Part shown: positions 35,440 through 37,527 of the stretch, in pieces | Layout: each line of letters begins with the position of its first letter | Position numbering within the stretch: the stretch's first letter is position 1 | Assembly: GCA_022360695.1 (NCBI GenBank) | Contig: JAKSCH010000050.1 | Span: 1-37,527, forward strand | From: Gemmatimonadota bacterium | GTDB lineage: Bacteria > Gemmatimonadota > Gemmatimonadetes > Palauibacterales > Palauibacteraceae | Direction: 5' to 3' | Length of the DNA stretch: 37,527 nucleotides | Translations under genes and position numbers: made by a program | The notes under the pieces: generated by a model | Databases searched by the model: none | What the model saw: only the letters and a program-made list of their open reading frames with translations | What the model was told of the DNA's origin: nothing

Positions 35440-37127
35440 TGGCGCGGGTGTTCGTCGACGGTCGGAACCTCGAGACGGCGATCGGAGTGCGCGAGGCGGT
35501 CCAGGCCGACGGACACGAAGTCGAGCTCGTCGAGTCCGCGCGCGACATCGAGGGTCGGCTCGGCCGAGCCGAGGAGACGGCGCTCGTGTTGACCGGCTCG
35601 CCGGACGAACCGGTCGCGACCGCCATGCGCGGCTTGTTCGAGACCGAGATCCCGCGCCCTCCGATCCTGGGCGTGGCGGCGGACGACGATGTCGAGGGAC
35701 GCCGGAGGTTGGCCGACGCGTTCGACCTCGATGACGTGCTCGCGCTGCCGCTCGACGCCGACGAGGTTCGGGTGGTGCTCGAGGCGCAGCTCGACCGTTT
35801 CCAGCTTCAGCGCGAGACCGGCATCGTCGGTCGAACCGATCCGGTTCGCGAGATCCTCGAGCGCGTCAACATGATCGCGCCGGTCGCCAGCACGGTCCTC
35901 CTCACGGGCGAAAGCGGGACCGGCAAGGAGCTCATCGCGCGGGCCATCCACCGGCTTTCGCCGCGGCGCGGGAAGCCCTTCATCCCCGTCAACTGCGCCG
36001 CGCTTCCCGAATCTCTCCTCGAGTCGGAGCTGTTCGGCCACGAGAAAGGGGCCTTCACGGGGGCCACCTCGCTCCGACGCGGGATGTTCGAGCTCGCGGA
36101 CGGCGGGACGCTGTTGCTCGACGAGATCGCCGAGATGCCGCTCCCCACGCAGACGCGTCTCCTCCGGATCCTCGAGAGCCGGAGGTTCATGCGCGTCGGC
36201 GGCGATCGAGAGATCGAGGTCAACGTTCGCGTCGTGGCCGCGACGAATCGAGACCTTCGTCAGGCGGTCGAGGTGGGGGACTTTCGGCGGGATCTCTACT
36301 ATCGGCTCAACGTCCTGAACATCGAGCTCCCGCCGCTGCGTGCGCGCCGGGACGACATCCCGGTGCTCGTCCGAAGATTCGTAGCCGAGTTCAGCAGGGC
36401 GCACGACCGCGAGTTCCGCGGTCTGGCGCCCGAGGCGTTGGAGATCCTTCTCGGGTACGACTGGCCCGGAAACGTGCGAGAGCTCCGGAACCTCGTCGAG
36501 TCGATGGTCGTGCTCGCGCCCGGTTCCGTGATCCGCCCGGAGGACATCCCGAGCGAGATTCGCTCGAGTCGTGGGACGAGCATCGTGTCGTCTACCGAGC
36601 TCGCCTCGGTCGGACCGCGGGCGCTCGAAACGGCGACCGGCGGACTGACCGATCTGGCCGGCGCGCCGCAGCTCGAGTTCGTGTTCCGGACGCTGATCGC
36701 GCTGAAGGTCGACGTCGAGGATCTCAAGCGCGAGTTCGAGGCGTACAAGACCCGAGCTCGCCAGCTATCGCCGGCCGCGGAGCCGTTCGACGACGACTGG
36801 CCCGGGACCACGATCGAAGTGGAAGATGGAAGCGCGACGGTGATCGAGCCGGCCGGCGACCGGCCGTCCTGGCCCACGCCCGGCGATGGGCTCGGGTCTG
36901 CCGCCCCGGACGACGGCTCCAGCGCGGACGGAGCGCCCGATCCCGGCGACGACGGCGGGCCGACGATCCGCTTCCGGCCCGGGATGACGATGGCCGAGCT
37001 CGAGCGCGAAGCCATCGTCGCCACGCTGCGCGACGTGGGCGGCAACCGACGGAAGGCGGCCGAGCAGCTCCAGATCGGCGAGCGCACGCTCTATCGGAAG
37101 ATCAAGCAGTACGAGATCGACCTCTAG
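35439..37127 (+). CDS. Sigma54-dependent enhancer-binding protein with a degenerate receiver domain
   Basis: GESGTGKE, GAFTGA, LLDEIAEM, WPGNVRELRN and a C-terminal Fis HTH. The receiver-like N-terminus lacks the catalytic residues. Confidence 0.9.
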   Translation: MARVFVDGRNLETAIGVREAVQADGHEVELVESARDIEGRLGRAEETALVLTGSPDEPVATAMRGLFETEIPRPPILGVAADDDVEGRRRLADAFDLDDVLALPLDADEVRVVLEAQLDRFQLQRETGIVGRTDPVREILERVNMIAPVASTVLLTGESGTGKELIARAIHRLSPRRGKPFIPVNCAALPESLLESELFGHEKGAFTGATSLRRGMFELADGGTLLLDEIAEMPLPTQTRLLRILESRRFMRVGGDREIEVNVRVVAATNRDLRQAVEVGDFRRDLYYRLNVLNIELPPLRARRDDIPVLVRRFVAEFSRAHDREFRGLAPEALEILLGYDWPGNVRELRNLVESMVVLAPGSVIRPEDIPSEIRSSRGTSIVSSTELASVGPRALETATGGLTDLAGAPQLEFVFRTLIALKVDVEDLKREFEAYKTRARQLSPAAEPFDDDWPGTTIEVEDGSATVIEPAGDRPSWPTPGDGLGSAAPDDGSSADGAPDPGDDGGPTIRFRPGMTMAELEREAIVATLRDVGGNRRKAAEQLQIGERTLYRKIKQYEIDL

Positions 37128-37527
37128 TCTCCTGGCGACGCCCTCCAGGCGGCTGATCGAGCCGGAACGCGCGGGGGCCCTGCGCGTCCCGCCCGTCGAC
37201 AGGCCGGGGCGTCTCCGATCTCCGACGTGACTCCGCCCGTTGGCCACCCGGGGAGCTGCGGGCACATCGCGTATGGGCCGCTCGCCCGGGGAGGGGGAGG
37301 GGAAGTCGGAATCCGGTCGATGCGACCGCTCGAAGGAGATCGAGGCGTCCCTCGCTCGCGCCAGCCTCGCGCAGCGCCGCCGTGGGGACCGATCGACCGG
37401 GTCTCCATGGTCGCGGCGTCTATTCAGCCCGGCCGCATCCGGCGCGGAGCGCCAGCCAGCGATCGAGGGACGTCTCGATCTCCGCCCCCGACCCGTACGC
37501 AGCACTCGAATCCTGCGGAACGAGGAG

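Noticed and set aside
37124-37527. Short minus-strand ORFs at the right edge
   Set aside because: No motifs and GC-rich low-complexity translations. They cannot be supported without flanking sequence.

Overview
This is a GC-rich bacterial chromosomal segment with every credible gene on the + strand. Gene order and protein style suggest Gemmatimonadota (inference, not verified). Bases 1-25 kb hold a near-complete type IVa pilus/competence locus: a partial GT-C-type membrane glycosyltransferase, comEA, pilB-pilT-pilC, minor pilin set 1 (FimT/PilV/PilW-like plus a large 587-aa PilX-like protein), pilS-pilR, the major pilin pilA, a YfhO-family glycosyltransferase broken by one in-frame TAG, a second divergent minor pilin set, and pilMNOPQ. 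Housekeeping genes follow: aroC, aroK, topA, xerC, hslV, hslU, argF, gcvT, a mog/moaB-like gene and a sigma54 activator with a pseudo-receiver domain. The most striking non-coding signal is a family of structured palindromic intergenic elements at about 6253-6406, 10888-11054 and 26838-27136. Together they carry four copies of a fixed-spacing 50-52 nt core, NAGG-N8-CG-(N)AG-[7-bp hairpin]-CGAG-N7-RACGMC, nested inside long stems whose sequences differ between elements. Also notable are four sigma54-type -24/-12 motifs that divide the pilus locus into transcription units, and Dx[DN]xDG calcium-binding-like loops in PilA, the PilX-like protein and PilQ.
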